DNA of 64,000 nt from an uncultured delta proteobacterium (GTDB lineage: Bacteria > Myxococcota > Myxococcia > Myxococcales > Anaeromyxobacteraceae), in assembly GCA_963845515.1 (NCBI GenBank), contig CAWJSR010000050.1, positions 1 through 64,000 on the forward strand, given 5' to 3'. Position numbers and translations under genes: made by a program. The notes under the pieces are model-generated. The model was not told the origin of the DNA. It did not search any database and saw only the letters and a program-made list of their open reading frames with translations. Every line of letters starts with the position of its first letter. The first letter of the stretch is position 1. Of the stretch, positions 55,402 to 64,000 are shown piece by piece.

Positions 55402-55693
55402 CGCCGGCTCCCTTGCCCTGCCCGGGGTCGAAAGGGGCGACGTCGTCCTCGCCGGAGGCCGCCTTCACGAGCTGCTCCACGCGCCGCTCCGCGTCGTCGA
55501 GACGGCGGGCAGCGTCGCGAACGAGCCTCATCCCCTCGGCGAACTTCTCGATCGACTGCTCGAGGGTGAGCCCGCCCGACTCCAGCTCGCCCACCACCTG
55601 CTCGAGCCGCTCCACCACCTTGTCGTAAGGCTCCGGCGCGGCCTCGGCCGCCTTGCCGCCGCCACGCTCGCCCTGCTCGCCCTGCCGCGCCAT
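55388..55693 (-). CDS. xseB: exodeoxyribonuclease VII small subunit
   Basis: [34 protein letters not shown]. Confidence 0.9.
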   Translation of the reverse strand: MARQGEQGERGGGKAAEAAPEPYDKVVERLEQVVGELESGGLTLEQSIEKFAEGMRLVRDAARRLDDAERRVEQLVKAASGEDDVAPFDPGQGKGAGDGGR

Positions 55694-57165
55694 CAGTGCT
55701 CGCCTCCGTTCCGCTTCATTACTGTCGGGGGGGCGGATGGGTCAACGCCCCCGGTGGCCGGATCCGCTCCCCTCGCGCCGTAAGGCAGCGGATCCTGGCC
55801 GGCGTCCCGTGCCAGCACCGACGCGTCGAGCCAGCCCTCGCCGAGCGCGATCCGCACCGGGTCGGCAGGGCGGACGTCCCCGCTCCTGGTCACGACCCTG
55901 CCGCCGGCCAGGACGAGCGCGAACCCTCGCGACAGCAGGCGGGCGACGTTGGCCGGCGCCAGCCGCCCGCCCAGCCGCTCCAGCCGCAGCCGCTCCCGCG
56001 GCAGCGCGGCCGGCCACGCCTCCAGCCTGCGCGCCGCCGCGTCTGCTCGCTGGCGCAGCCCCCGCAGCCGGGCGCGCGGCTCGCACCGCGCCAGCCGCCC
56101 GCGCAGGAGGTCGACCGCGCCTCTAGCGCGCCGCAGCGGATCCCGCGCGCCGCCCTCCACGCGGTGGAGCAGGTCGTCGAGGCGATGCCGCTCGCGCGCC
56201 ATCGCGTGTCCGGGGTCCCCCAGCTCGGCGCGCAGCGCGCGCAGCTCGCGGCGCCGGCCACCGACGGCCCCTTCGGCCGCGCGCTCCAGCCGTCCGCGCA
56301 GGACGGACAGCGTCCCCTCGAGCTCGGCCTTCTCCGGGATCACGAGCTGCGCGGCGTGCGTGGGGGTCGCGGCGCGGACGTCGGCGACGAGGTCGCAGAC
56401 GGTGACGTCCACCTCGTGCCCGACCGCCGACACCACCGGGACCGGACAGGCGGCCAGGACGCGCGCGAGCCGCTCGTCGTTGAACTCCCCGAGGTCCTCC
56501 GCGGACCCGCCGCCGCGCGTGATGACGATGACGTCCACGCCGCGTGCCGCCAGCGCGCGCACGGCCGAGACGACGGTCGCCGCCGCCCCCTCCCCCTGCA
56601 CGCGGCACGGGGCGATGAGCACCTGGGCATTCCCGAAGCGCCTGAGCACCACGTGGAGGAAGTCTCGCAGGGCGGCGCCGGTGGGGCTGGTGGCGACGCC
56701 GATCCGCCTCGGCAGGAATGGCAGCGGGCGCTTGCGAGCTGGATCGAGCAGCCCGTCCTTCTGGAGCCGCTCCTTCACCTGCGCCAGGAGGAGCGCCTGG
56801 GCGCCGGCGCCCCGCGGCTCGACCTCCTGGACGATGAGCTGGTACTTGCCGTGCGGCGGGTAGATCTCCACGAAGCCGCGCGTCACGACCTCCAGCCCCT
56901 CGGAGAGATCGAAGGGGACGCGGCGCGCCTGCGAGGACCAGAGCGCGCACGGGATCACCGCCTCGTCGTCCTTGAGCGTGAAGTAGACGTGGCCGCTCGC
57001 CTGCCGCCGCAGGTTCCCCACCTCGCCCGAGACCCAGACGTCACGGAACTTCGGCTCGATCGCCGCCCTCAGCGCGCGGGTGAGCTCCCCGACGCTCATG
57101 GGGCGAGGAGCGGCCCGGGCGAAGAGGTCGCCGGTGACCGGTGGAGGGGGTCGGGTTCGTGCCAT
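55693..57165 (-). CDS. xseA: exodeoxyribonuclease VII large subunit
   Basis: SGHVYFTLKD, TSPTGAALRD, RGGGSAEDL, VGHEVD, LSRGFA. Confidence 0.95.
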   Translation of the reverse strand: MARTRPPPPVTGDLFARAAPRPMSVGELTRALRAAIEPKFRDVWVSGEVGNLRRQASGHVYFTLKDDEAVIPCALWSSQARRVPFDLSEGLEVVTRGFVEIYPPHGKYQLIVQEVEPRGAGAQALLLAQVKERLQKDGLLDPARKRPLPFLPRRIGVATSPTGAALRDFLHVVLRRFGNAQVLIAPCRVQGEGAAATVVSAVRALAARGVDVIVITRGGGSAEDLGEFNDERLARVLAACPVPVVSAVGHEVDVTVCDLVADVRAATPTHAAQLVIPEKAELEGTLSVLRGRLERAAEGAVGGRRRELRALRAELGDPGHAMARERHRLDDLLHRVEGGARDPLRRARGAVDLLRGRLARCEPRARLRGLRQRADAAARRLEAWPAALPRERLRLERLGGRLAPANVARLLSRGFALVLAGGRVVTRSGDVRPADPVRIALGEGWLDASVLARDAGQDPLPYGARGADPATGGVDPSAPPTVMKRNGGEH

Positions 57166-57245
57166 CGCCTCGACATCATAGCCCCCCGGCACCACGGCGC
57201 CCGCCGCTGCTGGCGGACGGTGACTTCCTGCCGCCCGGAAGTAGA

Positions 57246-59120
57246 ATGCGCGCCGTGCGCCGCGTCCTGATCGTCGAACCTCACCCGCCCACCAGCGAGT
57301 ACGTCTGCCGGGCCATCTCGGAGGCGGGGTTCGAGGCGATCCCGACGCAGGGCGCCGACGCGTGGGAGGCGTTCGCGGCGCGGCGCCCCGAGCTGGTCGT
57401 CTTCGCCTCCGACGAGCCGCTCGCCGCCGCGCTCTCGCAGCGCATGCGCGAGGCCGACCCGCGCGTCCTCGTGCTGGTCGCCGACAGGGAGCACCTCGGG
57501 AAGGCGCGCGGCCTCAAGGCCTGCGTGCCGATCAAGGCCAACGCCTACGTCGCCGATCCCACGCGCAAGGAGCTGGTCGAGAAGCTCCGGCTGCTCTCGC
57601 AGGCGGCGCCCCGGCCGCGCCTCCGCGGAGCGCCGCTCGTCCTGTCCCGGCAGCCCAGCGCGCAGGGCGAGATCAAGGCCGGCGTCGTCCCCCGCCTGCT
57701 GCACCAGGTCTGGCGGGCGATGTCCGAGGGGGTGCTCGTCCTGTCGGAGGGTGGGGCCGAGGAGCGCTTCTTCTTCCTGCGTGGCGTGCCGGTTGCCTAC
57801 GACTCCGACGACCCCACCGACTCGCTGCTCCGCCGGCTCTTCGAGTCCGGCCGGATGGATCTCGCCACGCACCAGGCGGCCCTGGATGCGCAGGCGAGCG
57901 GCCTCTCCCCCGGCGCAGCGCTCATCGCCGCGGGCGTCCTCGACCCCGGCGAACCGCTCACCGCCGCGCTGCGCGCCCACGTGAAGGCGATGGCGCTCCG
58001 CGCCACCGGCATGAAGAAGGGGCGCTGGCGCTTCCACGACGGCGCCGAGTTCGCCGGCCAGGTGCAGCCCGCCGAGATCCTCCCACTGCAGGCGATCCTA
58101 GAGGGGTCGCGGCTCCACCTGCCGGTCAAGCACTTCTCCGATGCGCTGAAGCAGGTCTCCGGCGCCTACCCTTCGCGGACCGGAGACTTCCAGCAGCTCC
58201 TGCCCGCCTGCGCGCTCGGGAGCGCCGATCTGCGGCTCGCGCTCGCGCTCGACGGGCGCTCGACGACCACCGAGTACCTGGAGTCCAGGAAGGGCGAGCT
58301 GAAGGACGCGCTGGGACTCCTGTGGTTCCTCTCCATGATCGGCGCGGTCGCCTTCCACGAGGCCCCGGCGGAGTCCCCCGCCTCGGGCCGCTACGGTGAC
58401 GCCCCGCCGCGAAGGAAGAAGCCGCTCCCACCCGACCGCGCGGAGGCCATCCGGCAGGCAGCCCTCCAGATCGTCCCCGGGACGCACCTGCACGCCCTCG
58501 GCGTCGACATCGCCGCCACGACTGCAGACGTCGAGCGGGCCTACACGGAGGTGGCGAGCCGGTTCCACCCGGACGGCTTCGCGGAGTACGAGGTCGGCGA
58601 TCTCGAGGACCTGCTCACCGCCATCCAGGGGAAGGTCACCGCGGCCTACCGGGTGCTGGGCGACGACGAGAAGCGGCGCGGGTACCTCGCCTTCCTGCTC
58701 CTGCAGTTCGAGCTCTCCGGCGCGCGCCGGCCCGGAATCGACCTGGACGCGGAGATCGCCCTGAAGCGCGGGGAGAAGGCGCTCCGCGCGCACCGCTTGG
58801 CCGAGGCCATCAACGCGTTCCGCGAAGCCGTGGAGCGCAACCCGAAGGAGCCCGAGTACCTGGCGATGCTGGCGTTCGCCAGCCTGCACGACCCGGTGCT
58901 GCCCCCCGGGCACCGCGCGGACGAGGCACGGAAGGCGGCGAAGCGGGCGCTGGCGATCACCCCGGACCACGCCCGCGCCATGTCGGTCCTGGCGCTCGCG
59001 GAGGAGGCGCGCGGCAACGTGAGCGACGCCCGCCGGATCGTGCTCGACGCCCTGCACGCCCACCCGGACAACGAGGTCGCGAAGGCGGTCCTGCACCGGC
59101 TGAACACGGTGCGGAGGTAG
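57246..59120 (+). CDS. pseudo-receiver + DUF4388-like + J-domain + TPR protein
   Basis: Receiver-like N-terminus without the acceptor Asp; J-domain RFHPD..AYRVLGD..RRGY; TPR-like C-terminus. Confidence 0.75.
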   Translation: MRAVRRVLIVEPHPPTSEYVCRAISEAGFEAIPTQGADAWEAFAARRPELVVFASDEPLAAALSQRMREADPRVLVLVADREHLGKARGLKACVPIKANAYVADPTRKELVEKLRLLSQAAPRPRLRGAPLVLSRQPSAQGEIKAGVVPRLLHQVWRAMSEGVLVLSEGGAEERFFFLRGVPVAYDSDDPTDSLLRRLFESGRMDLATHQAALDAQASGLSPGAALIAAGVLDPGEPLTAALRAHVKAMALRATGMKKGRWRFHDGAEFAGQVQPAEILPLQAILEGSRLHLPVKHFSDALKQVSGAYPSRTGDFQQLLPACALGSADLRLALALDGRSTTTEYLESRKGELKDALGLLWFLSMIGAVAFHEAPAESPASGRYGDAPPRRKKPLPPDRAEAIRQAALQIVPGTHLHALGVDIAATTADVERAYTEVASRFHPDGFAEYEVGDLEDLLTAIQGKVTAAYRVLGDDEKRRGYLAFLLLQFELSGARRPGIDLDAEIALKRGEKALRAHRLAEAINAFREAVERNPKEPEYLAMLAFASLHDPVLPPGHRADEARKAAKRALAITPDHARAMSVLALAEEARGNVSDARRIVLDALHAHPDNEVAKAVLHRLNTVRR

Positions 59121-59132
59121 GCCGAGAGGCTC

Positions 59133-60068
59133 CTACCCCGCCGCCCGAACGATCTCGGCCAGCGCCTTCACGAAGGAGGGCCTGGCGCCGAGCGCCGGGA
59201 CTCGCCGGTACGCGACGGCCCCGGCCTTCAGCGCCGCGTCCTTCGCGAGGATGTCCATGTCGTAGAGCGTCTCGAGGTGCTCCGACACGAACGCGACCGG
59301 CACGGTCACGATCGCGCGCCCCTGCGCGTTGGCGGCGAGGAACTCGTTGGTGTCCGGCCCCAGCCACTTCACCGGCCCGACGCGGCTCTGGTAGGTCAGG
59401 CGCCAGTCGGCGACGCCGGCGCGCCTCGCGGTCTCCCGCGCGGAGGCCTCGACCTGGTCCGGGTACGGATTGCCCTTCCGCACCTGGCTCATCGGCAGGC
59501 CGTGGGCGCTGAAGACCACGAGCGCCTTCTCTCGCTCCCCCGGCGCCAGCCCGGCGAGCGTCTCGCGCAGCGCCTCCGCCGACGCCTCCAGGTAGCCGGC
59601 GTGAGCGTGCCACTCGCGGACCTCCGCCAGCGGCCTCCCCGCCGGCCAGAGCCGCCTCAGCTCGAGGAGCGAACTGAGCGTCGTCGCGTTGGAGTACTGC
59701 GGGTAGAGCGGCAGCGCCACGGCACGCTCCGCGCCGGCGGCGAGCGCGTCGCGCACCCCCTCTGCGGTGCTGGGGTGGCCGGCGCGCATCGCCAGGTGGA
59801 CGGTGTACCCGTCGCCCAGCACCGCGGAGAGGGCGCGGCCCTGCTTCTCGGTCTCCTCGACCAGCGGGGACCGCCCGCCGATGAGCCCGTACTTCTCGGC
59901 CGACGACGGGGCGCGGAAGTGGCTGATGAGCTTCGCGAAGAGCGGCCGGAAGGGGCCGAAGGGAGCCGAGATGAGGAGCGGGTCGGAGAAGAGCTCGTAG
60001 AGGTAGGGCTCCACCTCTTCGAGGTTGCGGGGACCGCCGAGGTTGAGGAGGAAGACGGCGGTGGCCAC
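59133..60068 (-). CDS. hemH: ferrochelatase
   Basis: LLNLGGP, PLYPQYS, FSAHGLP, YQSRVGP..WLGP, FVSEHLETL. Confidence 0.95.
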   Translation of the reverse strand: MATAVFLLNLGGPRNLEEVEPYLYELFSDPLLISAPFGPFRPLFAKLISHFRAPSSAEKYGLIGGRSPLVEETEKQGRALSAVLGDGYTVHLAMRAGHPSTAEGVRDALAAGAERAVALPLYPQYSNATTLSSLLELRRLWPAGRPLAEVREWHAHAGYLEASAEALRETLAGLAPGEREKALVVFSAHGLPMSQVRKGNPYPDQVEASARETARRAGVADWRLTYQSRVGPVKWLGPDTNEFLAANAQGRAIVTVPVAFVSEHLETLYDMDILAKDAALKAGAVAYRRVPALGARPSFVKALAEIVRAAG

Positions 60069-60070
60069 GA

Positions 60071-61447
60071 TCAGACCGTCCGCGAGAACTGCGTCTTGGC
60101 GCCTTCCTTCTTGAGGTAGGCGTCGAAGAGCATGGCGACGTTGCGGACGAGCAGCTGGCCGAGCGGCGTCACGCGCAGGATCTGGCCGTCGAAGGTGACG
60201 AGGCCGTCGTCCTGCAGCTCCTTCACCCCCGCCTTGAGGTCGGTCTCGATGGCGCCGGCGGCCGCCCCGCCGAACTTCATGCCGACCTCGGCGAGATCGA
60301 GCTTCAGCAGGCACATGACCCGGTTGATGACGAAGCGCCGGAGCACGTCCTCGTCGGTGACCGCGATCCCCTTCGACACGGGGATGCTGCCCGCGCCCAC
60401 GAGGGCCTCCCAGTCCTTGAGCCTGTGGGCGTTCTGCGCGTAGCAGCCGCCCAGGTCCGAGATCGAGGTCATGCCGAAGGCGATGGTGTCGTCGGCGGGA
60501 CGCACCGTGTAGCCTTGGAAGTTGCGCGTGAGCACGCCCGCGTCCTGCGCGCGCGCCAGCTCGTCGCTCTCCAGCGCGAAGTGGTCGAGGCCGATGAGCC
60601 GGTAGCCGCTGCTGGTGAAGCTCTCGACCGCGGAGAGGAAGAGCTCGACGCGCTGCTCGATCTTCGGCAGCGCCTCCTGCGGCAGGAGCCGCTGGTGCGG
60701 CTTGGACCAGGGGACGTAGGCGAAGCCGAAGACCGCCATCCGGTCGGGATGCAGGGCGACGATCCGCGCCAGCGTCGACCTCCAGGTGTCGGGGGTCTGG
60801 TAGGGCAGGCCGTAGATGAGGTCGAGGTTCACGCCCTTGAAGCCGGCCTTCCGGGCGCTCTCGACGAGCTCGGCCGTCTCCTTCTCCCCCTGGATGCGGC
60901 CGACCACCTCCTGCACCTTCGCGTCGAAGTCCTGCACCCCCATCGAGATCCGGTTGAAGCCGAGCCCAGCGAGCACCTCGATCTGCGACTTGCGGGTGAT
61001 GGCCGGGTCGATCTCGATCGCCTTCTCGGCGTCGGCGGCGAACTGGAAATGGCGCGCGATGATGGCGTGGCAGCGGGCGAGCTGCTTCTCGTCGAGGAAG
61101 GTCGGCGTGCCCCCGCCCCAGTGGAGCTGCGTCACCGTCCGGCGGTGCGGCAGCTTCGCCGCCACCAGCGCGACCTCCTTCTCGAGCACGTCGAGGTAGG
61201 CGTCGGCGCGCGAGACGTCATGGGTGGCGATGACGTTGCAGCCGCAGAACCGGCACATCTCCTTGCAGAACGGGAGGTGCACGTAGATCGAGAGCGGGCC
61301 GGGCTGCACGTCCGCCCGGGCGAGGTGCAGCTCGAAGCGGTCCGCCCCGAAGTCGTCCTTCCACTCCGGCGCGGTCGGGTAGCTCGTGTAGCGCGGACCC
61401 GGCCGGTCGTACTTCCTGATGAGCTCCGAGGACGGAATCTGGATCAC
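60071..61447 (-). CDS. hemN: oxygen-independent coproporphyrinogen III oxidase
   Basis: GPRYTSYPTA, HLPFCKEMCRFCGC, GGGTPT, RNFQGY. Confidence 0.95.
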   Translation of the reverse strand: MIQIPSSELIRKYDRPGPRYTSYPTAPEWKDDFGADRFELHLARADVQPGPLSIYVHLPFCKEMCRFCGCNVIATHDVSRADAYLDVLEKEVALVAAKLPHRRTVTQLHWGGGTPTFLDEKQLARCHAIIARHFQFAADAEKAIEIDPAITRKSQIEVLAGLGFNRISMGVQDFDAKVQEVVGRIQGEKETAELVESARKAGFKGVNLDLIYGLPYQTPDTWRSTLARIVALHPDRMAVFGFAYVPWSKPHQRLLPQEALPKIEQRVELFLSAVESFTSSGYRLIGLDHFALESDELARAQDAGVLTRNFQGYTVRPADDTIAFGMTSISDLGGCYAQNAHRLKDWEALVGAGSIPVSKGIAVTDEDVLRRFVINRVMCLLKLDLAEVGMKFGGAAAGAIETDLKAGVKELQDDGLVTFDGQILRVTPLGQLLVRNVAMLFDAYLKKEGAKTQFSRTV

Positions 61448-61459
61448 GCGCGCTCCTTC

Positions 61460-62506
61460 TCAGACCTTCAGCGCCTGCACCGCCTCGACCACGGCCTTCA
61501 CCCGGGCTGGATCGGTCCCGGGCTGGATCCCGTGGCCGAGGTTGAAGATGTAGCCGGGAGCGGTCGCCCCCGCCCGGGCAACCTGGACGGCGCGCTCCAC
61601 CGCGACCTCGGTCGGGCCGAAGAGGATGGTCGAGTCGTAGTTCCCCTGGACGGCGACGTCGGGGATGCGCGCCCGGACCTCCTGGATCGGCGTGCGCCAG
61701 TCGACCGAGATCACGTCGAAGCCGAGCCCCGCCATCTTCTCGACGTGGCCGGTCGTCCCGGTGGAGAAGATGATGGAGGGGACGCCGGTCTTCCTGATGG
61801 CGGCCGCGATCTTCGCGAGGTAGGGGAAGCTGAACTCCTCGAGGTCCTCCCTCGCCAGCTCGCCGAGCCAGCTCTCGAAGACCTGCGCCGCGTGGGCGCC
61901 GGCGGCGATCTGCTCCTCGATCTGGACGATGGCCGCCTGGGTGAGCTTCTCGAAGAGGGCGTGGGCCGTCTTCGGGTCTGCGTAGAGCATCGTCTTGAGC
62001 CGCGTGAACCCCTGGCTCCCGCCCTCGACGGCATAGCTCGCGACGGTGAAGGGGCCGCCGACGAAGCCGATGAGCGGCACGCGGCCGGCGAGGCCGGCGT
62101 TGATGGCCCGGACCCCGTCGAGGACGTACGGGAGGTCCTTCTTCGGCTCCGGCACGCGGAGCGCGTCCACGTCGGCGCGCGTGCGGACCGGGTTCGCGAT
62201 CTTCGGCCCCCCGTCCCCCTTCCCCTTCTCACCCTTCTCGAACGAGAGGTCGAGCCCCATCGCCGGGAGGTGGACGAGGATGTCGGAGAAGAGGATCGCG
62301 GCGTCGAAGCCGATCTCGTCGATCGGCGCGATCGTCACCTGGGCGATCAGCTCCGGGGAGCGGCAGAGCTCCAGGAAGCCCACGTTCTGCCTGACGGCGC
62401 GATAGCTCGGCTGGTATCGGCCGGCCTGGCGCATCATCCAGACGGGGAGGCGGTCGACGGGCTGGCGGCGGCAGGCGCGGAGGAACCGATGGTCTTGTAT
62501 GGTCAT
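61460..62506 (-). CDS. hemE: uroporphyrinogen decarboxylase
   Basis: PVWMMRQAGRY, AAILFSDIL, IFNLGHGI. Confidence 0.96.
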   Translation of the reverse strand: MTIQDHRFLRACRRQPVDRLPVWMMRQAGRYQPSYRAVRQNVGFLELCRSPELIAQVTIAPIDEIGFDAAILFSDILVHLPAMGLDLSFEKGEKGKGDGGPKIANPVRTRADVDALRVPEPKKDLPYVLDGVRAINAGLAGRVPLIGFVGGPFTVASYAVEGGSQGFTRLKTMLYADPKTAHALFEKLTQAAIVQIEEQIAAGAHAAQVFESWLGELAREDLEEFSFPYLAKIAAAIRKTGVPSIIFSTGTTGHVEKMAGLGFDVISVDWRTPIQEVRARIPDVAVQGNYDSTILFGPTEVAVERAVQVARAGATAPGYIFNLGHGIQPGTDPARVKAVVEAVQALKV

Positions 62507-62575
62507 GGAGGGGGTCGGATATTAGTCGAAGTGACGGTCGTGCAACACCTGCAAGCGCAGGGCGCGCTCCCCTCG

Positions 62576-62878
62576 TCAGGGGGTGAGCGCCTCCAGGGCG
62601 CCGGCCACGGTCGCCCCCGACACCTGGACGGTCTTCCGCCGGCCCGTCTCGCCGCGTGCGATCCTCACGTCGCCCTTCCGGACGCCCAGCGCGGACGCGA
62701 GGAACTCGATCAGCGCGACGTTCGCCTCGCCGTCCACCGGCGGCGCGGCCAGCTGGATCTTCAGCCGCCCGTCGTGCTCGCCGACGACGCGGGTCCGGGA
62801 GGCGCGAGGCTGGACCAGGATCTCCAGCACGACGCCGCCGGCGGTGTCGTGCGCCCAGCCCGGGGCCGCCGCCATCAC
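62576..62878 (-). CDS. DUF167 (YggU/UPF0235) protein
   Basis: [23 protein letters not shown]. Confidence 0.9.
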   Translation of the reverse strand: MMAAAPGWAHDTAGGVVLEILVQPRASRTRVVGEHDGRLKIQLAAPPVDGEANVALIEFLASALGVRKGDVRIARGETGRRKTVQVSGATVAGALEALTP

Positions 62879-63678
62879 CGGATCCCGAGCAGGACGAGCT
62901 TCGCCTTGTCGGCCTTCTCGATCATGCGATCGAGGTCCATCATCAGGGTCGCGCCTGCCTCGACCGCGAGCACGCGGCCGTTCGCCTCGCGGAGCGAGTC
63001 GACGGTGTCCGGACCGACCGCGGGAAGGTCGAAGCGCCGGTCCTGGCCGGGCTTCACCGCCTTGACCACCGTGAACCCCTCGCGCGCCAGCTCACCCCCG
63101 CGCCGGATGCACGCGTCGGTCCCCTCTAGCGCCTCGACCGCGACGCCCACGCGGTTCTTCACCACCACCGTCTGGCCGAGGTCGAGCCGTCCGATCCCCC
63201 GCGCCAGCTCGAGGCCGTAGCGGGCGTCGGTCAGCTCGTCCTCGGTCGGCGCGTGGCGCCCCATGACCCCCTCCTTCGCCAGGCGCTCCAGCAGGAACGG
63301 GGTGGGATCGACGATCGGCATGCCCTGCTCGTCGAGGAAGGCGGCGAAGGTCCGCAGGAGGTTGTCGTCCGAGCGGACCGCGACCCTGGCGAGGAGCCGG
63401 ACCCCGGTGGCGTCGAGCATCGCGTCGGCGAAGAAGCGCCGCTTCGTGATCGAGCCGAGCATCACTGTCTGCTGCGCCCCGCCGGCCTTGAGCCCTTCGA
63501 GCAGGTGACCGATCTGCCCCAGCTTGATCCAGGTGATCGCGTCGACCAGCTTCTCCAGGGCGGGGTCGGCCTCGCTGCTGTGCGCCACGGCGATGACGCG
63601 GTGGCCCGCGCGCCGCGCGCTCTCCGCGAAGAGGAGCGGGAAGCGGCCGCCGCCGGCGATGAGCCCGATCGTCGCCAT
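62875..63678 (-). CDS. lpxI: UDP-2,3-diacylglucosamine diphosphatase LpxI
   Basis: [39 protein letters not shown]; follows lpxA. Confidence 0.9.
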   Translation of the reverse strand: MATIGLIAGGGRFPLLFAESARRAGHRVIAVAHSSEADPALEKLVDAITWIKLGQIGHLLEGLKAGGAQQTVMLGSITKRRFFADAMLDATGVRLLARVAVRSDDNLLRTFAAFLDEQGMPIVDPTPFLLERLAKEGVMGRHAPTEDELTDARYGLELARGIGRLDLGQTVVVKNRVGVAVEALEGTDACIRRGGELAREGFTVVKAVKPGQDRRFDLPAVGPDTVDSLREANGRVLAVEAGATLMMDLDRMIEKADKAKLVLLGIR

Positions 63679-63684
63679 GCAGCC

Positions 63685-64000
63685 CTACCGCGTGACGCCG
63701 CGCTCCGACCCCTTGATGAAGGAGATGAAGTGGGCGACCTCGGGGTGCTGCCCGAGCTCGGACTCCAGCTGCGCGAGCGCCTCCGCGGTCTGGAGGTTCG
63801 AGCGGAAGAAGATCTTGTACGCCTGCTTGACCCGCCCGACCTGGTCCTCCGTGAAGCCGGCGCGCTGCAGCCCGACCGAGTTGATCCCCGCGAGCTCCGC
63901 GCGGGCGCCCGAGGCGAAGCAGTATGGCGGCACGTCCTTGACGATCCCGGTCATCCCGGAGACGAAGGCGAACCGCCCGATCCGGCAGAACTGGTGCGAG
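63685..64000 (-). CDS. lpxA: acyl-ACP--UDP-GlcNAc O-acyltransferase (3' part only)
   Basis: HQFCRIG..KDVPPY..GINSVGLQRAGF..ERGVTR; truncated by window edge. Confidence 0.9.
   Translation of the reverse strand, partial: SHQFCRIGRFAFVSGMTGIVKDVPPYCFASGARAELAGINSVGLQRAGFTEDQVGRVKQAYKIFFRSNLQTAEALAQLESELGQHPEVAHFISFIKGSERGVTR

Overview
High-GC chromosomal window from a Myxococcota bacterium, most likely Anaeromyxobacter-like (MglA-family GTPase, DUF4388 proteins, VegA-like protein, Cys-rich octaheme cytochrome). Most of it is core genome: argJ, thyX, sppA, rho, uvrA, rseP, moaD-moaE, purC, purB, dut, the rimP-nusA-ylxR-infB-DUF503-rbfA-truB-rpsO-pnp cluster, xseA-xseB-ispA-dxs-tlyA, hemE-hemN-hemH, lpxI and partial lpxA. 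Six genes in the first 20 kb carry single frameshifts, probably long-read indel errors. The one accessory region (about 46.7-51.3 kb, between a DUF456 gene and tlyA) is the most interesting part. It holds (i) an HNH-family gene bracketed by inverted arms of a REP-like palindrome, with another REP copy in frame inside it, and (ii) a cassette-like array delimited by 32-bp direct repeats that resemble the tlyA 3' end, with two remnants of one nucleotidyltransferase gene and no integrase in the window. Structured non-coding elements include the rimP leader, a pnp leader hairpin, a long rho leader, a 60-bp tandem REP derivative in the infB operon and a sigma54 motif. All calls come from reading the sequence and recognising motifs; no searches were run.
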